NCBI GenBank assembly: GCA_014379165.1 | Contig: JACMMG010000015.1 | Span: 1-39,531 of the forward strand | Origin: Candidatus Parcubacteria bacterium | Lineage (GTDB): Bacteria; Patescibacteriota; Minisyncoccia; Phycocordibacterales; SBAW01 | Reading direction: 5' to 3' | DNA: 39,531 bases | Shown: positions 32,890-39,531 of the stretch, one piece after another | How positions within the stretch are numbered: position 1 is the stretch's first letter | Layout of the letters: the number at the start of each line of letters is the position of its first letter | Notes under the pieces: generated by a model | Databases searched by the model: none | The model's input: the letters and a program-made list of their open reading frames with translations, nothing else | What the model was told of the DNA's origin: nothing | Position numbers and translations under genes: made by a program

Positions 32890-33333
32890 GTGCTGAGAAA
32901 AATCGCAACCCTGTTCTTCATGGTGCTGTGCGTTGCATATGCGATATGCTGTTCGCTGGTCTTCACCGAAGTGAAAGAAATTACCCACTTCGGATTTCTG
33001 CCGCCAATCCTGGCCGCAGTCTTGGCCGATAGCGGAGCGATGCACATGGTCGCGTTCCTCGCCGTTTTCTTCGCGCTCGGTTCCGGTCTCTTTGCTTGGG
33101 ACTGGTGGAGGTTGCCACGGTTACACGGCCGATACTACCAGGCCGAAGTAGTCGTCTTCCCCGATGACAATCCGGAATATTCGATTGAAGGGAAGATCTA
33201 TGCTCTATGGCTATGTGCTTGGGTGGAAATGTACACCCTCGCGCTTGGGCACTATGGCGCAAAGATGCGGCAAGTTCACCAGATCGACGCTCGCGATGCT
33301 GTCTACTATCGGCGGTACGAGCAGGCTCAATAA
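32890..33333 (+). CDS. hypothetical multi-TM membrane protein (147 aa)
   Basis: GTG 32890 after GGAAGGA (the track start GTG 32863 has poor SD spacing). At least three hydrophobic helices. No family recognised. Confidence 0.55.
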   Translation: MLRKIATLFFMVLCVAYAICCSLVFTEVKEITHFGFLPPILAAVLADSGAMHMVAFLAVFFALGSGLFAWDWWRLPRLHGRYYQAEVVVFPDDNPEYSIEGKIYALWLCAWVEMYTLALGHYGAKMRQVHQIDARDAVYYRRYEQAQ

Positions 33334-33376
33334 CAACTGGGGGGCGCGACGAGATGAGTAACTCTCGCGCCGCCCA

Positions 33377-33421
33377 CCCTTTCAAGCGCTTTACGCCCGA
33401 GGCGTAGAGAATTTGAAAGGG
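33377..33421 (+). repeat. conserved bulged hairpin repeat, copy 3
   Basis: CCCTTTCAAGCGCTTTACGCC-CGA-GGCGTAGAGAATTTGAAAGGG. Preceded by an unrelated hairpin at 33343-33371. Confidence 0.9.
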
Positions 33422-33482
33422 TTACAGCAATAGTGCGGCGGACCCTGCGCTCATGTATTTGGGCGCCAGTAGGAGTAAGCGT

Positions 33483-33677
33483 ATGCGTACGAGTAAGTTA
33501 TGGGAGAATCGTAGCGATGAGGAACAAGCAGACATCCTTACTGCTGCGGCGATCGCATATACGGCGCGGTCATTTGCTCAGGAACGCGATCAAAAGCCAA
33601 TTGATGCGGCACATGATCGCGGCCAAGCGCAAGTTGCTTGGCAAGACGCGTTTGACCTGATCTATAACAAACCCTGA
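33483..33677 (+). CDS. hypothetical small protein (64 aa)
   Basis: AGGAG (33471-33475) lies 7 nt upstream of ATG 33483. Translation MRTSKLWENRSDEEQADILTAAAIAYTARSF... Followed by a GC-rich terminator hairpin. Confidence 0.45.
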   Translation: MRTSKLWENRSDEEQADILTAAAIAYTARSFAQERDQKPIDAAHDRGQAQVAWQDAFDLIYNKP

Positions 33678-33684
33678 TCTCTCT

Positions 33685-33727
33685 TCCGGCGGCCCGCACG
33701 CGGGCCGCCGGAGAAGCTTTGTTCTTT
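33685..33727 (+). terminator. GC-rich hairpin terminator closing the island
   Basis: TCCGGCGGCCCG-CACG-CGGGCCGCCGGA 12-bp stem, then a T-rich tail (GCTTTGTTCTTT). Confidence 0.65.
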
Positions 33728-33828
33728 AGTTATGTATGGTCGCCTTTGTGCTGTGAGTGGATCCTCTAGCGCTTAATCTTCGGATTGAACGCATTCCATT
33801 CGCAGCCCAATGGCGATCAGCAGCAAAC

Positions 33829-33861
33829 AGAAGCCCCGCACAAAAATTGTGCGGGGCTTCT
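33829..33861. other. orphan perfect 15-bp hairpin
   Basis: AGAAGCCCCGCACAA-AAA-TTGTGCGGGGCTTCT. No adjacent ORF that it obviously terminates. Confidence 0.8.
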
Positions 33862-33915
33862 CGTTACTCTGTTTTATCCATAGCCCCGGCTCCTCATCTC
33901 AGCTCGCTTATCTTT

Positions 33916-33953
33916 ACTTGTTTAGTGTTCACGGTCGTGTATTATAAGCAAGT
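33916..33953 (+). promoter_or_regulatory. imperfect palindrome overlapping promoter-like elements, abutting PaaX-like start
   Basis: The left half TTACTTGTTTAGTGTTCACGGTCGTG (from 33914) matches the left half of the perfect palindrome at 34574-34611. It contains TTGTTT, a 16-nt spacer and TATTAT, ending 8 nt before ATG 33954. Confidence 0.5.
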
Positions 33954-34571
33954 ATGGCAAATGGAATCGGGAAGAAAAGATCGCTTGAAGAAGAATCAAG
34001 AAAACGCCTGCGACGTAGAAAAATAGAGAATGCTGTTTTGAATACTCTAACCGCAACCGCCGGTTTGGCAGTTGCGGTTACTGCGCCCAACATGCTTCGC
34101 ATGCTCAAACACATTGATCCCGACTGGAGAAAAAAACGCGATCCCCGTCAGCGACTTTTTGAAACAGCGAGTCGACTTAAGCGCAAAGGCCTTGTGATAT
34201 TTGTTCAAGAATCCGGGAAGACGCACATGCGTATCACTCGCCACGGCAGAGAAATATTGAGGCAAGATTTTTTGACGCCACATTCTTTGCCGAAACCTAA
34301 AAAGTGGGACGGTAGGTGGAGACTCGTTATTTTTGATATCCCGGAAACACAACGATCAGTGCGGGATAAGATTCGTAGTGCTATTACAACGTTCGGTTTC
34401 GTGTGCTTGCAAGACAGTGTATGGGTGTATCCGTATGATTGTGAGGAGTTGGTAGCGCTTTTTAAGGCTGAACTTAAGATCGGTAAAAACCTCTTGTATC
34501 TTATTGCCGATGCTATTGAGTATGACAAACCACTGCGAGCAAAATTCGGTCTTCCGGAACAGACTTCTTAG
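33954..34571 (+). CDS. PaaX-family / Cas2-fold wHTH regulator-like protein
   Basis: WDGRWRLVIFDIPETQRSVRDKIRSAITTFGFVCLQDSVWVYP matches the PaaX C-terminal/Cas2-like signature. N-terminal basic region plus a wHTH-like segment. Confidence 0.75.
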   Translation: MANGIGKKRSLEEESRKRLRRRKIENAVLNTLTATAGLAVAVTAPNMLRMLKHIDPDWRKKRDPRQRLFETASRLKRKGLVIFVQESGKTHMRITRHGREILRQDFLTPHSLPKPKKWDGRWRLVIFDIPETQRSVRDKIRSAITTFGFVCLQDSVWVYPYDCEELVALFKAELKIGKNLLYLIADAIEYDKPLRAKFGLPEQTS

Positions 34572-34573
34572 TT

Positions 34574-34611
34574 ACTTGTTTAATACTCACGATCGTGAGT
34601 ATTAAACAAGT
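34574..34611. promoter_or_regulatory. perfect 38-bp palindrome between PaaX-like gene and tpiA
   Basis: ACTTGTTTAATACTCACGA|TCGTGAGTATTAAACAAGT. It starts 3 nt after the stop codon. Confidence 0.85.
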
Positions 34612-34655
34612 GAATTCGAATAAAATTTGGTATACAGATATGGTATAGTCATTTT

Positions 34656-35414
34656 GTGAAAAAGAGATTGGTTGTCGGAAACTGGAAAATGTATGTCGAA
34701 GAGGCAAGTGAAGCGCGGGCATTCGGGCTCCAATTGCGCCGCAAAGCCCGCAGTCTTTCAGGAGTAGATGTCTGGCTAGCACCTCCTTTTATATTTCTCC
34801 CCAGCGTAGCGCAAGTTCTTGAGAGCTCCCCGGTTAAAGTGGGCGCGCAAGCGGTTTCTTCTTTTGCCGAAGGCGCGCATACGGGTGATGTGTCCGCACA
34901 TATGCTTAAAGAGGCGGGAGCGAACTTCGCAATTGTCGGGCATTCCGAACGTCGCATTGCGGGCGACACCAACGAGCGCGTGCGGCAACAGCTGGAACGA
35001 ACGATAGAGGCAGGACTTTCCGCAATTGTATGCATCGGCGAGCGTGAGCGCGACAAAGAGGGCGAACATTTTGAATTTTTAGAAGCACAAATCAATTCTG
35101 CATTTCTGACGTTTCCATTTACGCTCAGCAAAGTGGTCATTGCATATGAACCAGTGTGGGCAATAGGGAAGCGGGCGGATGAAGCGATGCAACCGCATGA
35201 CCTTCAGGAGATGACTATTTTTATCAAGAAAACTCTCACAGATATTTTAGGAAGAGAAAAGGCAAGCCGCGTTCCAATTCTTTATGGCGGATCAGTCGAA
35301 CCTGAAAACGCCGGGGCGTTAGTGCAAGAAGGCACAGTGGATGGATTGTTAGTCGGACACGCAAGTCAAAATTTTGAGCAATTTTTTGAGATAATCAAAG
35401 CATGCAAGAAGTAA
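34656..35414 (+). CDS. tpiA: triosephosphate isomerase
   Basis: GTG start. VVGNWKMY, IVGHSERR, AYEPVWAIG and LYGGSV are canonical TIM motifs. Confidence 0.93.
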   Translation: MKKRLVVGNWKMYVEEASEARAFGLQLRRKARSLSGVDVWLAPPFIFLPSVAQVLESSPVKVGAQAVSSFAEGAHTGDVSAHMLKEAGANFAIVGHSERRIAGDTNERVRQQLERTIEAGLSAIVCIGERERDKEGEHFEFLEAQINSAFLTFPFTLSKVVIAYEPVWAIGKRADEAMQPHDLQEMTIFIKKTLTDILGREKASRVPILYGGSVEPENAGALVQEGTVDGLLVGHASQNFEQFFEIIKACKK

Positions 35415-36484
35415 AGTCAATTCGCGAGGCGGACGTGCGGGGCAAGCGCGTACTCGTGCGAGTCGTATTAAATGTGCCTCTGCAAAATGGAGCGGTGACT
35501 GACGACCTGCGTCTTCGCGCGATTGTTCCTACACTCGAATTTTTGGATGAGAAAGGTGCAGCAAGTATCACCCTCATGGGGTATGTGGGCCGCCCCGAGG
35601 GGAAAGTTGTAGAAGAACTGCGTACCGCTCCGGTAGCAGCAAAACTTCGTGAACTCACAAACGTTACGTTTGAGGTTCTTGAAAATCTGCGTTTTGATCC
35701 GCGCGAAGAAAGCAACGACGAAGGATTTGCAAAAGAATTAGCTACGCATGGTGAGATATATGTAAACGATGCATTTGCCGACTCACATCGGGCATACGCA
35801 TCCACAGTCGGTGTCACAAAATTTCTTCCAAGCTACGCCGGGCTTCTGTTGGAAGAAGAAATAAAAAATTTATCTGAAGCGCTTACTCCTCCTGCAAATT
35901 CTCTCGCAATAATCGGAGGTGCCAAATTTCAGACTAAACAACCGCTTCTTGAAAAATTGCTCACGACGTACGGAAAAGTTTTTCTCGGGGGCGCGCTTGG
36001 GAACGATCTTCTGAAAGCTCGCGGCATGCCGGTTGGAGCATCACTCGTTTCTCCTATGCCGGTACCAATGTCTATAGCAGGCAATGATCGGCTAATTATT
36101 CCTGCCGACATCGCGCTTATTGATGAAAAAACGGGCGGGCGGCGCACAACCAATACTGCAGACGTTCGCGCGGGCGAGAAAATCTTTGATATAGGGCCGG
36201 AAACCATTAAAAACTGGTCAGCCGAGATTTCTAAAGCGTCTTTTGTACTTTGGAACGGGCCGCTAGGTGTATTTGAAAAAGGCTTCGCTGAAGGGACGCA
36301 AGGCCTCGCTTCGGCATTAGCTCAAGCCCCGTGTCGGGCAATTGTTGGGGGCGGGGATACTATTGCAGCGCTTTCAAAATTTAAATTCGATCCAAAACGC
36401 ATTTTTATTTCAACTGGCGGGGGTGCAATGTTAGAGTTTTTGGCAAATGGCACGCTTGCGGGTATTGAAGCGCTCAAGCGCTAA
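35402..36484 (+). CDS. pgk: phosphoglycerate kinase
   Basis: GKRVLVRVVLNVPL, NLRFDPREE, IIGGAKFQTK, WNGPLGVFE and STGGGAMLEFL. 360 aa, which is short. Overlaps tpiA by 13 nt. Confidence 0.93.
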   Translation: MQEVKSIREADVRGKRVLVRVVLNVPLQNGAVTDDLRLRAIVPTLEFLDEKGAASITLMGYVGRPEGKVVEELRTAPVAAKLRELTNVTFEVLENLRFDPREESNDEGFAKELATHGEIYVNDAFADSHRAYASTVGVTKFLPSYAGLLLEEEIKNLSEALTPPANSLAIIGGAKFQTKQPLLEKLLTTYGKVFLGGALGNDLLKARGMPVGASLVSPMPVPMSIAGNDRLIIPADIALIDEKTGGRRTTNTADVRAGEKIFDIGPETIKNWSAEISKASFVLWNGPLGVFEKGFAEGTQGLASALAQAPCRAIVGGGDTIAALSKFKFDPKRIFISTGGGAMLEFLANGTLAGIEALKR

Positions 36485-36546
36485 TCCACAGTTTGCATTC
36501 GGAAGTATCGAAGCAGACCTCCTCGGTGCTATCATTGAGACAGCGT

Positions 36547-36726
36547 ATGCCTTTTTCTAAAAGAAAGCTGACGTGGAATGAGGAGGTGCTTGCGGGCCTA
36601 ATCGTGCTGGTGATTATCATCGCTGGGATAACATTGTGGCTATGGATGCAGCGGGATTCTTTCGCCTCGTTGAAACAAGAGTCGCAGTCGGGGACAGTAC
36701 TGAACGCAAGCGACTATATACAATGA
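36547..36726 (+). CDS. possible small membrane protein (59 aa)
   Basis: ATG 36547 (MPFSKRKLTWNEEVLAGLIVLVIIIAGITLWLW...) with a single TM helix. The stop overlaps the next start (ATGA). Confidence 0.4.
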   Translation: MPFSKRKLTWNEEVLAGLIVLVIIIAGITLWLWMQRDSFASLKQESQSGTVLNASDYIQ

Positions 36727-37979
36727 AATCCTTGTTATCCATGCGGCATATAACAAAATTACAGCCCACGCTTCTTTTGTATAGCTTTGCGCTGGCGATT
36801 ATTGTCCTGGGTGCAGCTCTTCTTTCTTCTACGGAACCTCGTTTGCAAGCACAAACTGCGGCAAGCAACGCGGGAGTCTTTTCCGGCTACGCCTGGAGCG
36901 ACAACATCGGTTGGATCGACTTTAATCCGGTTAATGGCTCGGGTGTATATGTTTCGCCCACAGACGGGATAACACTCGGTGGCTACGCCTGGAGCGACAA
37001 CATCGGTTGGATCAGTTTTAATGAGAATAGCGGTTGCCCGAGCGGATTGGGACAATGTCGCCCATACCTGCAGGGATCAAAACCAGGCAGTATCCGGCTG
37101 TATGGATGGGCGTATGCAGTTTCCGCAAGTGACGGCTGGGATGGTTGGATTAGTTTGCGCGGCAACGACACGAATGCTGCAGCAAGCGTTTCAGGCAGTA
37201 CTCTTACTTTCAACGGTTATGCATGGGGAAGCGAGGTTGTCGGCTGGGTGCAGTATAGCGGCTCACCAAACAGCAACCCTCTTAAGGTGGCACTCACCCA
37301 ATGTAATGATGGGATAGACAACAACAGCAACTCGCTTGTCGACACCGCCGACACGGCAGTGTGTACTGCACGCTCGGACACGAGCGAAGGCGGCATTACG
37401 CCAACTATAGGAACATTTAACTGCGTGGCGCCGTCAAATAATCCACCTTTGACTTCCGGCCAGAGCTGCATGCTTACCTGGAGTGGCGTGGTCAATGGAA
37501 GTTCCGCAAGTATTGATCAGGGTATCGGCTCGGTAACGCCTGTCAGCGGTGGAAGTATTACGACCGGGGCCCTTGCGGCAACTAAGACCTACAGGTTCAC
37601 TGTCACTTCCTCAACCGGCGGAATTGCCTTCCGTGACGCTACCGTGACGGTGAACCCCGCGGGAGGACCAGTTCCAACGGGCGCTTTTTCTGCAACCTCG
37701 CCGGTTCGAAAGGGCGGCAGCACCACACTTTCATGGAGTGGCATACAAAATGCTTCCAGCTGTACGATTTCTGCAAATCCAAGTGCGGGGCTCGGTGGCG
37801 ACTATACAACGTCAATAAGCAGTCCTGCTACAGCAGGTTCTCGTACGGCAAGCAATCTTCAGACCAGCCCGACAATCTTTACCCTTATGTGCGTACCATC
37901 AGGCGGCGGGGCCGCACAGGCAACCGGTCAACCTGCAACCGTCATTGTTACCCCGATCCCTCGGTATCAGGAGATATAA
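36723..37979 (+). CDS. secreted/anchored Trp-rich repeat protein
   Basis: N-terminal TM/signal segment. Four GYAWS(D/E)NIGWI(S/D)FN-like repeats, two of them encoded by an identical 33-nt repeat. Thr/Ser/Gly-rich beta-type C-terminal region. Confidence 0.65.
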   Translation: MKSLLSMRHITKLQPTLLLYSFALAIIVLGAALLSSTEPRLQAQTAASNAGVFSGYAWSDNIGWIDFNPVNGSGVYVSPTDGITLGGYAWSDNIGWISFNENSGCPSGLGQCRPYLQGSKPGSIRLYGWAYAVSASDGWDGWISLRGNDTNAAASVSGSTLTFNGYAWGSEVVGWVQYSGSPNSNPLKVALTQCNDGIDNNSNSLVDTADTAVCTARSDTSEGGITPTIGTFNCVAPSNNPPLTSGQSCMLTWSGVVNGSSASIDQGIGSVTPVSGGSITTGALAATKTYRFTVTSSTGGIAFRDATVTVNPAGGPVPTGAFSATSPVRKGGSTTLSWSGIQNASSCTISANPSAGLGGDYTTSISSPATAGSRTASNLQTSPTIFTLMCVPSGGGAAQATGQPATVIVTPIPRYQEI

Positions 37980-37983
37980 AAAT

Positions 37984-38484
37984 ATGTTGTACGAAGAAAA
38001 TAATCTTTTTTCAAATAAAATCCTGTGGTTTTTTGTCGGCAGCGTGGTCGTTCTAGTGGCGATAGGTATGGTCACCTCGTACGTAGTTTTTGGGCGGGCA
38101 AACAACAAAATATCCGAAGAACAGCCTCCTGTGAACGCTGCCGTGAGCGAGAGCGTTAAACAGGCAGAAATAAACACTGCACTTGAATCTCTTACTCCGC
38201 CTCCGCCTTCTCGATCTCAAAGTGAAAATGAGAATGCGCTAGGCAGTCTTTCGGCTCCAAGCCAAAGCGGTTCAAGCGGAAGCGGCTCGACTGGAAGCGA
38301 CACAAGTCAGAGCAATGCGAATGCAAGCGCTCAAGAACAACCCCCGACTCCTCCTTCCTCTAAAGAAGAAGCAGCCGCGCTCAAGAGTCTTTCGGCTCCA
38401 AGCCAAAGCGGCTCGAGCGGAGGCGGAGCAAGTGTAAGCGCTCAGGAACAGCAGGCTGCGCTTGACTCGCTCCAGGCTAATTAA
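37984..38484 (+). CDS. membrane-anchored Ser/Gly-rich repeat protein
   Basis: ATG 37984 after GGAG. One TM helix. Repeated LxSLSAPSQSGSSG modules. Confidence 0.55.
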   Translation: MLYEENNLFSNKILWFFVGSVVVLVAIGMVTSYVVFGRANNKISEEQPPVNAAVSESVKQAEINTALESLTPPPPSRSQSENENALGSLSAPSQSGSSGSGSTGSDTSQSNANASAQEQPPTPPSSKEEAAALKSLSAPSQSGSSGGGASVSAQEQQAALDSLQAN

Positions 38485-38515
38485 CATAAGGTATAATTAT
38501 TTTAAAATTACTACT

Positions 38516-39531
38516 ATGCAAAAATTATCAGTAATTGCTTTCCGTAAACATGTTCTTGTCATCGCCCTCTCCCTCTGTACCTTCCTCCTTTGTGCAACCG
38601 CAGCCTCAGCAGCATGGAGCGGACCGCCCGCCGGTACGCCGCCAAACAACTGCACCACCGGGTACCCCGGCTGCGACGCTCCGATTAACATCAGCGGTAC
38701 TGCACAGTCCAAGCAAGCCGGTCTCCTCCTTAATACCCAAGGAGCAGCAAACGGTCTCCTCATGTACGGCAATCTCGGCGTCGGTACGCTTACCCCTGCC
38801 AGCCGGCTTACAGTAGTAGGAGATATCAGAGCATCTACAGGCGGCTCTCTACTTTTTGATACCGCAGCAGGCAACACGCGAGGATATCTAAAAGCGGTAG
38901 AGGCAGGCGTCGACGGCGGCGCCGCCGGAGGTGCAGGCCTCATCCTGGCGACCTCAGGCGGTGAAGGTATTGCCATCAAAGGTGGAGGAACTTCCGGCAC
39001 CACCTTCATGGCTATTGCTGGAAACGGCAATGTTGGTATCGGGACGGCGAGTCCAGGTACGACTCGTCTCAATGTACAGAAATCCGGCGATGGTGAATGG
39101 GCCGGAATCATTGCTAATACCATGAATAGTGGGGGCCCCAAGGGCCTTCTTGTTTTGACCGGTCAAAATGGCTCAAACGCCGCACTGCAAGTCGCCAACA
39201 ACACGCTCGCAGCTCCCATCCCTGTGTTTACGGTAACAGGTGGTGGCAGCGCGACCCTCAACGGCCAGATGAATGCGGCATCATATTGCATTGCGGGAGC
39301 CAACTGCATCACCGCCTGGCCGTCCGCCGTAGCCGAAGCTGACACGCTTGCGACGGTTGTTGCAAGGGGTAACTCAACGACAAATGCGATTGCTGTTGCT
39401 AATATTACGGATTCCAACAACAACAACTACTATATTGATCCGAACAATACGAGTGTCTTCAACGACATCCGCTCTACCCAGGCCCGCTCGAGTGTTTGGT
39501 ACGACAATGACAACACGAACTACACCATCGA
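38516..39531 (+). CDS. secreted Gly/Asn-rich surface protein, N-terminal part (runs off right edge)
   Basis: Manual translation from ATG 38516 is open for 338 codons to the window end. Signal peptide (...LCATAASA/AWSGPP) followed by Gly-rich beta-helix-like repeats. Absent from the track because there is no stop. The listed minus-strand ORFs here are judged spurious. Confidence 0.6.
   Translation, partial: MQKLSVIAFRKHVLVIALSLCTFLLCATAASAAWSGPPAGTPPNNCTTGYPGCDAPINISGTAQSKQAGLLLNTQGAANGLLMYGNLGVGTLTPASRLTVVGDIRASTGGSLLFDTAAGNTRGYLKAVEAGVDGGAAGGAGLILATSGGEGIAIKGGGTSGTTFMAIAGNGNVGIGTASPGTTRLNVQKSGDGEWAGIIANTMNSGGPKGLLVLTGQNGSNAALQVANNTLAAPIPVFTVTGGGSATLNGQMNAASYCIAGANCITAWPSAVAEADTLATVVARGNSTTNAIAVANITDSNNNNYYIDPNNTSVFNDIRSTQARSSVWYDNDNTNYTI

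Noticed and set aside
30996-33421. CRISPR array interpretation of the three conserved hairpin repeats
   Set aside because: There are only three copies, spaced 1562 and 819 nt apart. The intervening DNA contains SD-preceded ORFs, and no cas genes are present. Repeat spacing and content are incompatible with CRISPR.
30996-33425. Canonical integron attC sites / integron
   Set aside because: I see no RYYYAAC inverse-core upstream. Only copy 2 has a GTTRRRY-like core (GTTAAAT). No intI-type integrase or attI/Pc lies nearby. The idea is retained only as an architectural analogy to be tested with attC covariance models.
30584-33728. 11-nt inverted match (AAAGAACAAAG at ~30584 vs CTTTGTTCTTT at ~33718) and 8-nt direct match TTGTTCTT as island terminal repeats / target duplication
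   Set aside because: The matches are short, AT-rich and low-complexity, so chance cannot be excluded by eye. No transposase or integrase is present to use them.
34649-35817. Minus-strand ORFs (163, 97, 60, 140 aa) across tpiA/pgk
   Set aside because: They are antisense frames of two canonical glycolytic genes.
38497-39426. Minus-strand ORFs of 214, 70 and 87 aa at the right edge
   Set aside because: A plus-strand frame starting at ATG 38516 is open for 338 codons to the window end. It has a signal peptide and coherent Gly-rich repeats. The minus-strand frames are Pro/Ala-rich antisense artefacts.

Overview
This 39.5-kb window is a compact, gene-dense bacterial chromosome segment. Its gene content looks like a Candidate Phyla Radiation / Patescibacteria-type genome, but that is inference only. 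The cues are an NYN-domain protein, a PaaX/Cas2-fold regulator, a DNPH1-like hydrolase, isolated pathway genes, Trp/Gly-rich secreted repeat proteins, and many starts without an SD.

I support about 45 protein genes, mostly housekeeping:
- comM/yifB-like ATPase, DksA/TraR-like, pnp, NYN, rpsO, SleB-like hydrolase, xerC/D, xth, cca, yraN, and a SAM methyltransferase.
- A nucleotide-pool cluster: MazG-like, cmk, HD hydrolase, dut, and a TrmB-like regulator coupled to a DNPH1-like gene.
- HU, prephenate dehydratase, rny, clpP, tig, family-II pyrophosphatase, nusA, a divergent PilB/GspE-like ATPase, a PaaX-like regulator, tpiA and pgk.
- A cell-surface gene cluster at the right edge.

Four tRNAs were folded by hand: Arg-UCG, Gly-GCC, Pro-UGG and Gly-UCC. 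I saw no rRNA, CRISPR array, transposase or integrase-bearing element.

The most unusual segment is about 30.35-33.75 kb. It starts with a perfect consensus promoter driving a 24-codon ORF/sRNA with a long terminator. A visibly G+C-richer island of six orphan same-strand ORFs follows. The island is punctuated three times by a conserved ~45-nt bulged hairpin with compensatory stem changes. Each copy is preceded by a different GC-rich hairpin. I could assign no known family or mobility gene to this island, and it is my best candidate for an undescribed system.

Secondary curiosities:
- Palindromic operator-like sites flanking the PaaX-like gene.
- A perfect 20-bp-stem palindrome lying in frame inside tig.
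- A PilB homolog with degenerate catalytic motifs.
- tRNA end/half duplications.
- Several structured intergenic regions.

All calls come from manual reading of the sequence and the ORF track. RNA and regulatory coordinates may be off by a few nt, and no database search was run.
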